DNA from: Blastocladiella emersonii ATCC 22665
Lineage: Eukaryota; Fungi; Blastocladiomycota
NCBI GenBank assembly: GCA_025594325.1
Contig: JANHCV010000014.1
Coordinates: forward strand, 868,001-932,000
DNA length: 64,000 bases
Direction: 5' to 3'
Both the position numbers and the translations under genes were made by a program. A model generated the notes under the pieces. The model did not search any database, had not been told where the DNA came from, and was given only the letters and a program-made list of their open reading frames with translations. Numbering within the stretch: the stretch's first letter is position 1; each line of letters starts with the position of its first letter. Of the stretch, positions 1-12,100 are shown one piece after another.

Positions 1-92
1 GCGCCGACCTCGTCATTGTCGCCAATCAGTTTCTCAGCAGCGCCGAGTATCGGAATGCCGCTCGCGAAGCCGTTGGCGCAGACGGCTATGCC

Positions 93-1547
93 ATGCCGGT
101 TCCACGCATGGCGCGCAACGAGGACCTTGGTTCAGATGCATTTGAAGTCCAGGCGCGCTTCGCCGACCGCATCAACTCGCACGTCCAAAACCTTCGTTCT
201 ACTGAACATGGACTCTCCTCGCCGCGCGTCATTTTCGAGGCGTTCCATTACCGCCGCGCGGTTTTCGACAACCCGGCATCGACGAAACCTGGATATTACT
301 GGCGCGAGGACGACCGCGCTCGCCTCCTTCCGCCCGAGTTCTTTCGCGGGATTCACGCGGGCTTGGTGGTTGGGATCGTCTCACACGACGTGGGAACCAC
401 CGCATCGTTGCCTGAAATCGACTCAGCTTTTAACTTGCTCGTCAACCACCCGCCTCCCAGTACTCGGATTGACCGCGCAGCGTTCTTCGCTCAATTTGCG
501 CGACAGCTTCCTGAGTCCATCGAGCTCCCCGCCGTGAGGTCGCTTGGTAATTTACTTTTGCGGTTGGACGCTCGCAGTGAGCGTGCTTCAGCCGCGCTCG
601 CGCCTGCGCCAGCGACTTTTGCCCAACGGTTTGCAAAGCTCATTGCGGCCCAGGCTCCGCAGCTCGCGGACCCACAAATGACGCGTCTTGCTGTCCTCAA
701 CAGCGCCGGCGCGTCCCCGATCCAAATTTCCGCAGCGCTGGCGCGGACTCGCGTTCCCGAACCACCAATCTCTGATGCATGGCTCTGGGCTGCATCCGTA
801 GGTCTCGGCTCATGCGAGAATCAGCAGCTTTCAATGCACTTTCGCGAGGTTCCCGCTCGTACCTTGAAGGCGGTAACGTACTGGAACGCGAGGGAATTGC
901 TTCACTTCGTCAACGCCACGATCTATGCCGTGGAAACTCGTGCTGCAACGGGCGACGCCGTTTCTGAGGTCCACACCACGGCTGCAGTTGTGCCGGCACT
1001 CGCTCCGCCCAAGAGCGCCCGCTTGGACAACGACGCGCTCGCAGCCCAAATTGGCGCAAAACTCGCTTCCTTGGCCCAATCCTCGCGCGGCCGGACGGCC
1101 GTGTTCTGCCAGTCCCCCGCGCTTGCTGCCCTCATTGTGCGTGCAATCAACGCAAGCAAGTACCACAGCGCCGTGGATGGAGCTTCGCCCGATCCGAAAC
1201 TGCGGCACGCCGCGATCCACGCATTTCTCTGCAGCGAGCGGATCAACGTTATTGTGCTCTCGCTCAATGCCGAGGACGGGAGCGTGATCGACACGCCTCC
1301 GCCGTTCCCGCGGCAGCTTGGGCGAGTCAAGAACGTCATCTTCGCCCATCCGATCCTGGCCCCGTCGGACCATGAGGCACAGGCCATGGTGGACCGAGCG
1401 CTCGAATCGGTGGTCGGGCATCCGCATGTGACGTGGCTCGTGGACGACGTGACGTCCGAGGCCGATCCCTTGCGGCCGCTCCGCAAGTTCCTGAACCGCG
1501 CGTCGGGCATGGCTGAGTTATGGGCGATTCTCGACCAGTTCGTTTGA
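93..1547 (+). CDS. Hypothetical 484-aa protein with a degenerate SF2/SNF2-like helicase C-terminal lobe
   Basis: Intronless ORF. The C-terminal part RTAVFCQS...RHAAIHAF...VIVLSLNA...NVIFAHP...EAQAMVDRA parallels the SNF2 HELICc pattern (R..AI..F...VFLLSLKA...VI..DP...E.QA.DRA). No Walker A/B seen. Confidence 0.55.
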   Translation: MPVPRMARNEDLGSDAFEVQARFADRINSHVQNLRSTEHGLSSPRVIFEAFHYRRAVFDNPASTKPGYYWREDDRARLLPPEFFRGIHAGLVVGIVSHDVGTTASLPEIDSAFNLLVNHPPPSTRIDRAAFFAQFARQLPESIELPAVRSLGNLLLRLDARSERASAALAPAPATFAQRFAKLIAAQAPQLADPQMTRLAVLNSAGASPIQISAALARTRVPEPPISDAWLWAASVGLGSCENQQLSMHFREVPARTLKAVTYWNARELLHFVNATIYAVETRAATGDAVSEVHTTAAVVPALAPPKSARLDNDALAAQIGAKLASLAQSSRGRTAVFCQSPALAALIVRAINASKYHSAVDGASPDPKLRHAAIHAFLCSERINVIVLSLNAEDGSVIDTPPPFPRQLGRVKNVIFAHPILAPSDHEAQAMVDRALESVVGHPHVTWLVDDVTSEADPLRPLRKFLNRASGMAELWAILDQFV

Positions 1548-2065
1548 GTGAGCAGTGTATTTTACAGTATGAAACAAAGTTTGTTGCCGTGTAGCGGCCT
1601 TCGATTTCTGGCCGGAATCGTTGAAGGAAACGCGGGATAAATGCAATCTCTACGCCTTAGATTATCAACGACGACCCACGGCGTGGTGCTTCTGAGGCAA
1701 AAGGACTGTGCCTTTCTCACGTTGACGCAGCGCTCAGCACAGATCAGCAGTGAAAGAAAGCCGATTGGCGCTTCCATTGGTGCCACGGATCCACCTACAC
1801 GCTTTGTTTAGTAGGCTCTTGGGTGACGGTTAGGTGGTAATCGAAACCAAGAGCCTCGCCGTCTTTGGTGACCGCGTCAGAAACTGCAATCGCCAGCTGT
1901 GCGCACGGCCAAAAAGTAAACCTGAGCCTTGATTGATTTGATACCAAATTACCGCGGCTAGACTATTGACAAGTCGGCGCGCAAGTAGCCCAGCTGCGCA
2001 GCCTTACCTCCACTTTTGTGTACCACAGGCGCGCTTGGCGAGCAGTGGACCAGTCAGCATATCTC

Positions 2066-2115
2066 GCTCAGTTACAAGAAAATTTCAGAAGCTCAGCTAC
2101 AAGAAAATTTCAGAA
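2066..2115. repeat. 25-bp tandem duplication, 2 copies with 1 mismatch
   Basis: gctcagttacaagaaaatttcagaa at 2066-2090 and gctcagctacaagaaaatttcagaa at 2091-2115, just downstream of the minus-strand ORF ending at 2186. Confidence 0.9.
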
Positions 2116-2185
2116 ATTACAATACATTGAATAACAACAAAACAAAGCAAAGTCCGCCACCCAGCGCTGATGTGGAACAAACACG

Positions 2186-4534
2186 TTAACTGTGCAGCTC
2201 GGCCTCCTCAAGCAGCTTGGCCACGGCCGCGGAGCTCGATTTGAGAGCGTCCGACGGCGGGAAGATCCGCATAAGTGCGCGAGCATGATCATCGTTGCCG
2301 TCGGCAACGGCCGCAAGGGTGAGCGAATCGCTCACTGTCGGATCAAGGCCGGGGTTGAGCTGAGTCGGATCGTCCGCCACCTTGAGCAACGCTGTGACGA
2401 CCCACGGAAGGGAAAACATGCTGGAAGGGAATTCACGAATAACCAGCGCAACGTTGTGCTCGACCATGATGAGGAACAGTCGCAACCGAAGGCGGTCAAC
2501 GTTGCGGGAGGTGAGGCTGGGATCAAACGAGAAGCGATAAATTGAGCAGGCGCTGAGCGTGAGCGCGACTGTTTCTGGATAGCGCTGGAGAAGACAATCG
2601 AGAACTAGAAGCACGGCATTGTCCAGCGTCTCTTGGTTGATGTCGAGATCGAGATCATTGTCAGTACAAATGGACTGAAGGACTCTTGTACCAAGAGAGT
2701 GAACCAACGCTCCTCGCAAACTAGCCATGTGCGTGTCGTTCCCGCCCAAGAGATCAGGCAGCTCTGCAACCGTAATGGAAGAGTCACCACAGCCAACTGC
2801 GCAGCACAACAGGAATAAAAAGCGGGACACGCGTTGGTAGTTGTGGTGAGGGCTCCTGCCGCTGAGCGCTGTGGGAAGCCACTCCAGGGTCCGGCGGACA
2901 ACGTAGCGTGGGTCAAGTCCTGAATTGGACTCTGAGAGGAAAAAGTCAAAGGTAGATGGGTGCGTGGCAAAGTAGCCCAGTTGCGAGTCAAACAGCTCTT
3001 GGGGCTGAGGCAAGTTGTCAAACAGCGAGCAGAAGTGGAACAACTCAGCAAGATGGAATTGTTCAGGTGGTTTCCGCCCTTGAGGCTCACAACGTGTCGT
3101 AATCGTCGGGTACACTAGACGACAACGATTTGGGCAGAGTGTTTTTGTCAGTTTGATACAGTGAAGGGAGAAGGCAGAAGTACGTTTTGACGCACCATTA
3201 GTCATGACCTGAGCAAGCTTGCCAGGAGACACATGCGCTTTGAGATATTCAGCAATGAGCAGCATGAGCTCCGGATTAGCGAGCGACTCACGCACAAGCT
3301 CTGGCCAGAAATCGGGATTCTTGTCAAGCGCACCGATTTCAATGAAGCGGGGGATTAAGTCATGGTGACCCCTCCCAAACCAGTGGGCAAGCCGTTTCCG
3401 AAGTTCCGGGCCGAATACACCCTCCATACAATCAGCTGCGTCGTAGCGCTCAAAGAGTTCGCAGAATAGCATGTAGCCTGGCTCGCAGTTCTTGCACGAG
3501 TAGCAGGCTATGGCTGATTCTGTGGGATTGTCCAACACCCAGCCGTTGTCAGTGAGCCAGTCTAGGAAAGGAAGGACGTGGTTGAGGTCACCAGTGCAGC
3601 AAGGGCCGCGATGGCTAATGGTGCAAAGGAATAAGCAGGTCACAAAATAATCTGAGAGCCACGCCATAAATAGGGCGCGGTCAACGCCGTAATGGCGGTC
3701 AACAATCCCTTGGATGGCCGTACGATCCCACAGCGTCGCTGCGACCAATGCAAGTGCCATCGCATAGGTGATTGGCTGAGCGGTGTCTTCATCGTCATCG
3801 TCATCCTCATGTCGAAACTCATGCACTGGATAACATAGGTATAACTCATCACGCAAGCCTTTGTCTTCTGTGAGCCACAAGCGCGACCAAGTCGCAAGTT
3901 GAGCCCGATCAGTGAGCAAGCTTGGGAAGAGCGCCACAAGATGGTCCATGCACGCAAACATGGATTCAAGATCACCCGCGTGCAAGAAGAAGAAAGGCAA
4001 CGAAAGCCCTTCTGGAACGGCACGGAAACCAAAAGAGTGGTGAAGCGCATCAGAACCGACAGGAACGTCGGAAAACGGGGTCAAGGCATCAAGAATGGAG
4101 GTGGGAAGCGGCTGGTTCCGGCGGTAAATGTATGCAAGAATCGGTTTCGAAAACGGGTGCACAAAGTCGACTGGAGCGCCACGGCGGTTGGCGGGCAAGG
4201 AGGCATGGTCCTGCACGCACAGAAGACTCGGAAAGTGCAGCTTAAGGTACCACACAAACGGCATCTGAAGCTGACGAGTTCCGGGGTTTTTCCAATCGTG
4301 CTTGAGACCTTCGGCTCGGGCTGCAGCATATTGCTTGTAAGTAGTGCTCATAATCTTGCGCGCAACCCAGGCGCGCTCGGCTGGCGACCTAGCGGCGAAA
4401 GCACAGCGCATGGCGCTCGAAGAAGCGACCACAAGTGCGCGCGGTTCGGCAAGAGCGACAACTTGTTCAAGGATGTCAAAAGGCAAGTCAGGCCCTCTGT
4501 CGGAGGGCCCCTGGTCATGTTGCATCAGCTTCAT
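2186..4534 (-). CDS. Hypothetical 782-aa protein with MKLMQ leader and F-box-like N-terminus (divergent singleton)
   Basis: Uninterrupted ORF. N-terminus DLPFDILEQVVALAEPR matches the LPxxLLxxVLQLAxPR start of the local family. Also has an acidic tract HEDDDDDEDT and CYSCKNC. Upstream ATCATGTGAC motif at 4661-4670 (minus strand). Confidence 0.75.
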   Translation of the reverse strand: MKLMQHDQGPSDRGPDLPFDILEQVVALAEPRALVVASSSAMRCAFAARSPAERAWVARKIMSTTYKQYAAARAEGLKHDWKNPGTRQLQMPFVWYLKLHFPSLLCVQDHASLPANRRGAPVDFVHPFSKPILAYIYRRNQPLPTSILDALTPFSDVPVGSDALHHSFGFRAVPEGLSLPFFFLHAGDLESMFACMDHLVALFPSLLTDRAQLATWSRLWLTEDKGLRDELYLCYPVHEFRHEDDDDDEDTAQPITYAMALALVAATLWDRTAIQGIVDRHYGVDRALFMAWLSDYFVTCLFLCTISHRGPCCTGDLNHVLPFLDWLTDNGWVLDNPTESAIACYSCKNCEPGYMLFCELFERYDAADCMEGVFGPELRKRLAHWFGRGHHDLIPRFIEIGALDKNPDFWPELVRESLANPELMLLIAEYLKAHVSPGKLAQVMTNGASKRTSAFSLHCIKLTKTLCPNRCRLVYPTITTRCEPQGRKPPEQFHLAELFHFCSLFDNLPQPQELFDSQLGYFATHPSTFDFFLSESNSGLDPRYVVRRTLEWLPTALSGRSPHHNYQRVSRFLFLLCCAVGCGDSSITVAELPDLLGGNDTHMASLRGALVHSLGTRVLQSICTDNDLDLDINQETLDNAVLLVLDCLLQRYPETVALTLSACSIYRFSFDPSLTSRNVDRLRLRLFLIMVEHNVALVIREFPSSMFSLPWVVTALLKVADDPTQLNPGLDPTVSDSLTLAAVADGNDDHARALMRIFPPSDALKSSSAAVAKLLEEAELHS

Positions 4535-5923
4535 GGGTGCCGCTGGGGCGGGGTGGCGGTGGGGGAGAGAGAACAGGATGTCCGCTGCCTCGCCGAAGGC
4601 GTTTGTGCGCGGGTCCGTGTGGCGTCAGGGCTCGCCCTGCAAAGCGCCACGTGCCACAAGGTCACATGATGCTCACGCCGCCTCGCGTCGGAGATCTGCG
4701 CTCACCCTCCCAATGCACTTGCCCCCAGCGCGTGCAACCTCGCGCGCGAGCAGCTCGCGTTCGTCCTCGCGGATAAGGTGATGCCGAAGCCTGCTGAATT
4801 CGCGCAATCGGTCTTTTCGCAGGTGACTGATCTGAAAAGTGATGTTGGCAAGGCAAGCGAAGCGTCGCGGGAAGAGTCGATTGAAGGGGTCCGCCGATTA
4901 AATAAGAGCGCGCCGGCGCTCCCTGCCAACCACTCTCCTCGGACTCCATCACGGCCTTGCCCAACAAGTTACGACACTTGGTCGCTCCAGGTGGTGGCCT
5001 TCCCAATCAGCACCATGTGCAGCGATGCCACGGGTGAGCCCCGAACGCTCCAGTTTCGCGACCAGGCATCGCACCGCAGCTCTGTTGGCACAATGGAGCC
5101 GCGTTCACACGCTGGGCATCGCGCCTGGAGCAAAATCGAGACCGAGGAACGACAAATAGAGCTTGAAGTCGGCGGCCGTCGCGCCGCAAGCAAGCAACAT
5201 GGCGCGGGCTTTGTATCGCGCCGGGAGCCAGCTTACGCACGGCAAGTGTATCCGTCATGGCTGGCAGTTGAGAGCATGAACGGAAGTCGCGGTGGGCGAC
5301 CATCCACGGCGTGATGCTTCTGAAGCACAGAGATCCCAGCACGGATCGGCGGTGAATGCAAGCTGATTGAAGCGTTAATCGATCAGGCTACAGATCCAGG
5401 TTGAGGCTCGGTCTGCGCTTGCGCGATAGCTGGGCAGGAAGCCAAACCGGGTCCTCGTATTGCTAGCGACCTCGCCCGCGAACCGCGCGCTCACCAACCG
5501 TGCATGTGGCGGTCGAAAGATACACGAAAGTCGTGACCGATCGGATCCGAGAGTACCACGGCTCGACGATCGACGAGTCGAGGCGCAAGCAGCTCGGACT
5601 ACGGCGGCTAGTCCCGTTCGCCTGTGCCGCGGATGCGCTCGGTGAACGGCGGACCAGAGGGCAGAAGGATAAGCTCGTTCCACGTGTATTGCATCAACTC
5701 TTCAATGAGGCGTCCATTAAATTCATGGTCGGGCGAGGAGCATGGGGAGAGAGTTCGAGGCCAAGGGCGTGCTTCTGCCCCTGCTTCTACCCGCTGCTGC
5801 ACGTCCCCTCGACATAGTCCGTTCACGAATCCGAGCCGCCTTCACACGCACAGCAAGCGGCTCGTACAAGCCGAGGACCGAGTGACACGAGAAATAGAGT
5901 CTATATCATACACAGCACTCGCC

Positions 5924-8299
5924 TCACTGGTTCTTCTTCTCCTCGACCGACTTGGGCTCCGCGTCCTCCCCCTTCTCGCCCTCGCCGGCCTCCTTGATGA
6001 GCGGCTTAACCTCACCCTCCTGGTCCTCGTCGCCCTCGGCGCCGCCCTGGCCAAACTCGTTGACGCGGGTATGGTCGACGGGGTACTTGTACCGCTGGAT
6101 GAGGTAGATGATGAAGACGACGTCGTCGCGGAACGCGGCGAGCCGCTGGAGCCACGGCATACGGATGATGAACACGAAGAAGTCGTCGACGATCGTGGTC
6201 TAGAAACGGGGAGCGAGCGTGGGGGGCGAGGTGAGTGGGCGGCGATCGCGGGCAGAGCGGGTCGCGCGTGCGGAGGACACCGATCGCGGGTCGCGCGAGT
6301 CGTAGGAGAAAAGGGCAGCACGTACAAGGAACTTGTACGCCATGGTGCGCCCGTTCATGTGCGCGACGCTCTGCAGCTTGTAGTTGACGTACAGCTGGGG
6401 CAGGGACTACGTTCACGCGCATGCGAGTCAGCCAACCGAACTGAGCGAGCCACCGTCTGCCACCACGGAAACCGCGAGCGTACCTGCATGAACCCGAACA
6501 TGTAGACGGCGCCGACGGCCGTGTTGAGGATGTACGAGTACCACGACTTGTGCTCGCTGTAGAGGAGCGAGTAGACGGCGTAGGCGGCGAGGAGCGGGTA
6601 CATGACCCACTTCATGAGGGCAAAGGCCTCGTCGTCGTACTGCTTGGTGCCCGTGTTGGCGTAGCTGTCCTTGTCGTCCATGCGGAGGCGCGGGATGATG
6701 CCCCACAGCTTGTTCTCCGTGTCAATGGACATCTGGACGGCCTGCGACACCTTCCAGAACTCGATGGCGAGCCCAACGGCGTTGGAGACGAGGATCACGG
6801 CCGACGTGTCGGTGCTGTTGTCGAGCAGGTACAGGAACACGATGACCTGGATGCCGAGGTTGACGAACATGGACCGCACCGAGATGCCCTTGACCGACTT
6901 GCGGTCCTTCCAGAACGACACCTCGTTCTTGAACGCCAGGAACTCGAACAGGCTGTGCAGCAGCGACACGATCATGGTGGTGGCGAGCAGCACCGGGTTG
7001 GTGTCGCGCATCATGCGCTTGAACTCGTCGAGACTCGAGTTGCCCATGTCGGTCCCCGCGCTCATCATCTTGGCCTGCGTCGACAGCGACTGCTGCATCG
7101 ACAGGTACAGCTGCGCGCGCGTCGGCGAGAGCGGGTACAGGCTGATGTGCACGGGCAGCGTGGGCGTGGCGGTGGCCGAGGGCTCGATCAGGTCCTCGTC
7201 GAGGATCCAGAAATCGTTCATCCAGACCATGGGCTTGTAGGCGCGGTCGTCACCCAAAAAGTCGTAGTGGTTGGCGATGAAGGGCGGCATCTGCGACGGG
7301 ATCACGTAGTTCTCCTGCGGCACGTAGTTGATGGTCAGGTTGCCGCTCCAGTAGTGCAGCATCTCACGCGGCTTGCCCGTCAGCGCGCCGACGAGCGACG
7401 CGACGGCCGACTCGGGCTCGGGCTCGTCGGCGTCCGTCTTCTCGGTCTCGGTCTCCTCCTCGGCAGCGTCGTCGGATGACCCGACGAGCAGCTTCTTCTG
7501 CTTGACGACGCGGCGCTTGGGCTTGAGCTTGGTGAGGGCGACGGGGCGCACGACGACGTCGCGCGGGTCGTACGCGGCAGCGGCGGGGTCGGGCGAGGCG
7601 CCGTTGCGGGTGAGGAAGACGTGGGCGTAGTAGGACCCGTTGGCGTAGACGTTGGGCGGGACCGTGATGTTGAACGAGGCCGTCTGGTGGGTCTCCCACT
7701 GGGCGTACTCGAACTCGGCGGGCGACGACCACAGCAGCGCGCTCGGGTCGTCGAACGCCGCGAACTCGGGCGACTCGGACCCGTACACCCAGGCCTTGAG
7801 CACGTCCTGCGGCGCCCAGTGGTTGAAGTGCATTTCGGCCGACTCGTAGTTGAGCGACCCGCCCATCATCTCGGCGAGGGGGTTCGCGTCCGCGGCGGCC
7901 GCGTCGGCAGCCTCCTCGACGGCAGCGACGGCGGGCGGCGGCTCCCGGCGCGCAGCCTCCTCCTGCGCGGCTACGACGTGCGGCGCCTTGTACCCCGCGG
8001 GCTTGCGCTGCGGGACTTGCGCGCGCATCCGCGCCTGCGCCGCGGCCAGGTCGGCCTTGGCCTTGGCGCGCTCCTCGGCCGTCTTGGCCGGGCCGCCGGC
8101 GTTCATGACGACTAGACGCAGTCGGGTGTGAGTGGGCGGCATGCAAGGGAGCGCACGGGAAGAAGCGTAGCGTACACTTGAAGCCCGTCGTGACAATGTA
8201 CGCCCACATGACGGTGCGCGCGATCTTGCCGAACGTCCACTCGTTTCCGCTGGCCGCAGCAGCCGCGGCCGCAGCGGGGGCGGCGACGGGTTCCGGCAT
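5924..8299 (-). CDS. CLPTM1: CLPTM1-family (cleft lip and palate transmembrane 1-like) membrane protein, 4 exons
   Basis: Exons complement(8299-8176, 8111-6484, 6406-6326, 6199-5924) total 2109 nt and splice in frame with GT-AG introns. Motifs include LHSLFEFLAFKNEVSFWK, PQLYVNYKLQSVAH, and DDFFVFIIRMPWLQRLAAFRDDVVFIIYLIQRYKYPVDHTRVNEFG. Confidence 0.93.
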
Positions 8300-9102
8300 C
8301 GTGAAGTGTTGATTCGTAGCGTAGAGATGCGTTGCAGCGTTGCGGAAGGGAGAGCGCGGACTGTGGCGAGGGCGGCGGGCGCACAAGTGGGCGTCGGCGC
8401 CGCGAACTGCTCGCTCGCCACGTGGCGCCGCCCACCACGTGGCGCGCCGATCCGGTCATGCAGTGTCTCCGCCTCGCTGCGAGACGCGTCGCGGCCACGC
8501 GTCTGTGTTCATTGAGTTCCGCTGAGGCCTCGTTGGACTTGTACACTAAGCGCTTGGCGCGGGTTGCGCTGCGCGGCCCGGGCGACCCGCGGCGTTGTGT
8601 CGCGACCTGCCCCTCACCGTGTGCAACACCGCCTGAGTGCGCTATTCATCGCCCCACAGACGTTGATGACTACTTCGATGCAAACTTGGTCACTCTTGAA
8701 CGCTCGCGTCGAGCGGGAGGCGAAGCAAAGGCCAAGCCCGCCGCGGGACATCACGTGCGCGGTGCGAGACGCGTCGCGCGCGCCGTGTCTCCAACCGCGC
8801 GACGCGTCGCCTTCTCCACACCGCACGCCGCGCCGGGACGCAAACGCGGGAGACGGCGATGCGACTTGCTGAAAACTGATCCCTGAATGGCGGCGACCCA
8901 AGACGCGGCGCCGCGGGGGCTCGCGTTCCTCCTGACGCCTGATCACCCCGCCTGCTCGGCCTAGTCTCTGCACAACCACCCGCAACAACAACAACTGTAT
9001 CTACTACTACATGCAACCGATGTGATCACACCACGCCGATCTGAACCCATCCCCTCGTCTAGCCACTCTCTTGCCGCGACCGCCTTTTGATCGCCGCCAG
9101 CC

Positions 9103-12100
9103 ATGAGCTCCAATACCCCGTCGCAGGGGCGGCGCGAGCTCGGGGCCGTCCCGCGAGACCTGCAGCCCGCCGCCGCGCCGGCGGCCGTCTCGTCTCCGAC
9201 ACTCGTCTCGCCCGGCACCGACCGGTTCTCGTCCAGCGTCGCGCCCGGCGGGACCGCGGCCGCGAACGTCTCGCAGCGACGCCGCGCGCACTCGGGCCTC
9301 TCGCAGTCGCAGTCTATGGACGGCATGGTACGGTGATCTCGTGGAAAGTCGGTCGAGCGGTAGCAAAGCTGACTCTCGCGCTCGTGTAGGCCGAGGTGCC
9401 CGTCGCAACTACGCCGCTCATGGCCCAGGGTCCGTCCGCCTCGCTTTTCACCAACCATCCGCAATCACTGACACCCGCCCGCCGCCGTTTGTAGCACGCG
9501 ACCTCGGCCCGAACGTGGCCGGTTTCAACAACCAAGTCCCGCGGCCCATCGACACGTCGGCGGCGCTGCCGCAGATCAACCACGCCATCGACCTCGGCAC
9601 GCCGCTGACTCAGACCTTCACGTCGCCGCACAGCGTGCACAGCCACGCTGGCTCGTCGCACTCACACTCGCAGCACCTCGGCCCGCCGGGCATGATGCCG
9701 GGTTCCTCGTCGTCGGGTCTCGTGCTCGTCGACCGGCACCCGAGCATGGGCCGGCACGCCAAGCCGAAGCGCCTGGTGCGCAAGCCGTCGGCGCGGCAGT
9801 CCGCGGCCGTGCAACCCGCGCCGGTGCCGCCGCAGCTCAGTCTGACGGAGCGCGCGCTCGCGGCGTCAGGCGCGATGGGGCTTGTCGAGACGGACCGCGT
9901 CGGCATGTCCGAGGGCCGGTGGTGGACGGTCATGGCGCGCGTCATGACGTGCTGGGCGCCGGGGTTTATTCTCAAGAAGACGATCGGCGACGCGGCCAAG
10001 CAGCAGGCGTGGCGCGAGAAGGTGGCGCTGTGCATGCTGATTCTGGTGGTGGGCGGCGCCGTCGCGTACCTGACGCTCGGGCTCACACGCACCATCTGCT
10101 CGGGCACCGACCGCAACGCCTTCTCGTACACGCAGGTGCGCGAGTTCACAGCCGACCGCCAGCCCAACTCGTTTGTGATCCGCGGCGAGCTGTACGACCT
10201 CACCAAGTACCTGGGCGTGCACAACAATTTCGCGTCGTTCAAGAAGCTCAACACGACCGCCAAGCTCTTCTTCCAGTCGCTCGCGGCCGCCGACGTCACG
10301 GCGCTGTTCCCGAACGCCGTCGACGAGTGCCAGGCGGTCATCACCAGCGCGGTCTCGTTCCCGTGCATGTCGCCGAGCTTCCCGTACATGGCGTACTGCC
10401 ACAACGTGGCCAAATCGGCGCCCGTCATCGACGCGCTCAAGGTCGGCCAGGTGCGGTTCCCGTGGGAGGACGTACTGGGCTCGAAATCGCTGCTCGTGTA
10501 CAACGGGCGCGTGCTCAACATGACGGCGTACCTCAAGGCCGGGACCAAGTTCCTGGGCAACGACTTACACGCCGAGATCGTCGAGACGCTCGGCACCGAC
10601 GCGAGCTACCGGCTCGCGCGCAACGAGCGGTTCGCGCGCGCCGCGCACTGCATCCAGTCCATGTACACGGTCGGGTTCATCGACACGGACCCGCCCGGGT
10701 GCATCGCCAGCAACATCATCATGTTCATGTCGCTGCTCGTGATCCTCGGGCTCATCTTGACCCGCTTCTTCCTCGCCGTCATGTTCGACTGGTTCCTCGG
10801 GTGGAAGCTCGGCAAGCTCCAGGTCTCCCGCGCCGCCTACGACCAGATGCGCCCGCGCGCGTCGTCCCGGTTCTCGCAGCTCATCCGCCCGCGCACGCTC
10901 ACGGCCAAGGGGTCCAAGGACAACATCCGCATGCAGGACGTCAACAGTGCGGCGGCCGCGAGTGGGACGGCTACCCCACCCAACAACGCGTCGCTCGAGG
11001 TCATGATCTCCGCGGCCGCGCTCGGGACCAGCGACGCGTCGCTCATGCCCGGCGCCACGACGGACCAGCCGTCGGTGCCCGACGAGCTGCGCCCGTACCA
11101 CACGGTGGTCCTGGTGACGTGCTACTCGGAGGGCGAGGAGGAGCTCAAGAAGACGCTCGACTCGGTGTCGGCGACCGACTTCCCGGACGACCAGAAGCTG
11201 ATCTTCGTGGTCGCCGACGGGATCATCACGGGCAAGGGCAACAAGCTGTCGACGCCCGACACGGTGCTGAGTCTCATGGAGGAGGTGGTGCTGGGCCCGA
11301 CCGAGCCCATGTCGTACGTGGCCATCGCGGACGGCGCCAAGCGCCACAACAAGGCGCGCGTGCACGTCGGGTGGTACCGGTGCGTCAACCACCGCACGCC
11401 TATCGTGCTCGTCGTCAAGTGCGGCGCCGAGGACGAGCAGGGGAAGCCCAAGCCGGGGAACCGCGGCAAGCGCGACTCGCAGATCATCCTCATGGACTTT
11501 TTCTCCAAGATCCTCCTCAACGAGCGGCTCTGCCCGCTCCAGTTCGAGCTCTTCTACAAGATCTTCGGGCTCACGGGCGTCAACCCGATTAAGTACGAGA
11601 TCTGCCTCATGGTCGACGCCGATACCAAGCTCCTCCCCGACTCGCTCGCCCGCATGGTCGCGCTCATGGCGCAGGACCAGCAGGTCATGGGGTGCTGCGG
11701 CGAGACCCGCATCGAGAACAAGTCGCAGACGTGGGTGACCCGGATCCAGGTGTTTGAGTACTACGTGAGCCACCATCTTGGCAAGGTGCGATCTTTGGGG
11801 GTCGGCGACGCGCGCGCGGCCATGGACTGACCTCGTGCTCGCGCTCTTCGCGCGTCCAGGCGTTCGAGTCCGTGTTCGGCGGTGTCACCTGTCTTCCCGG
11901 GTACGCATCGCTTGCGCGGACACGCTCGCGAGTCGCCGCGACTGACTGACCCGCCCCGCGTCGCGTAGCTGCTTCTGCATGTACCGCCTCAAGGTGCAGC
12001 GGCCCGACAAGCTGTGGGTGCCGATCCTGGCGAGCCCGCACATCATCCAGCAGTACTCGGAGAACGTGGTCGACACGCTGCACAAGAAGAACCTCCTGTC

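Noticed and set aside
4778-5817. Genes at 4778-5314 and 5500-5817
   Set aside because: No motifs, introns or paralogs support them. At most they are a decayed fragment.
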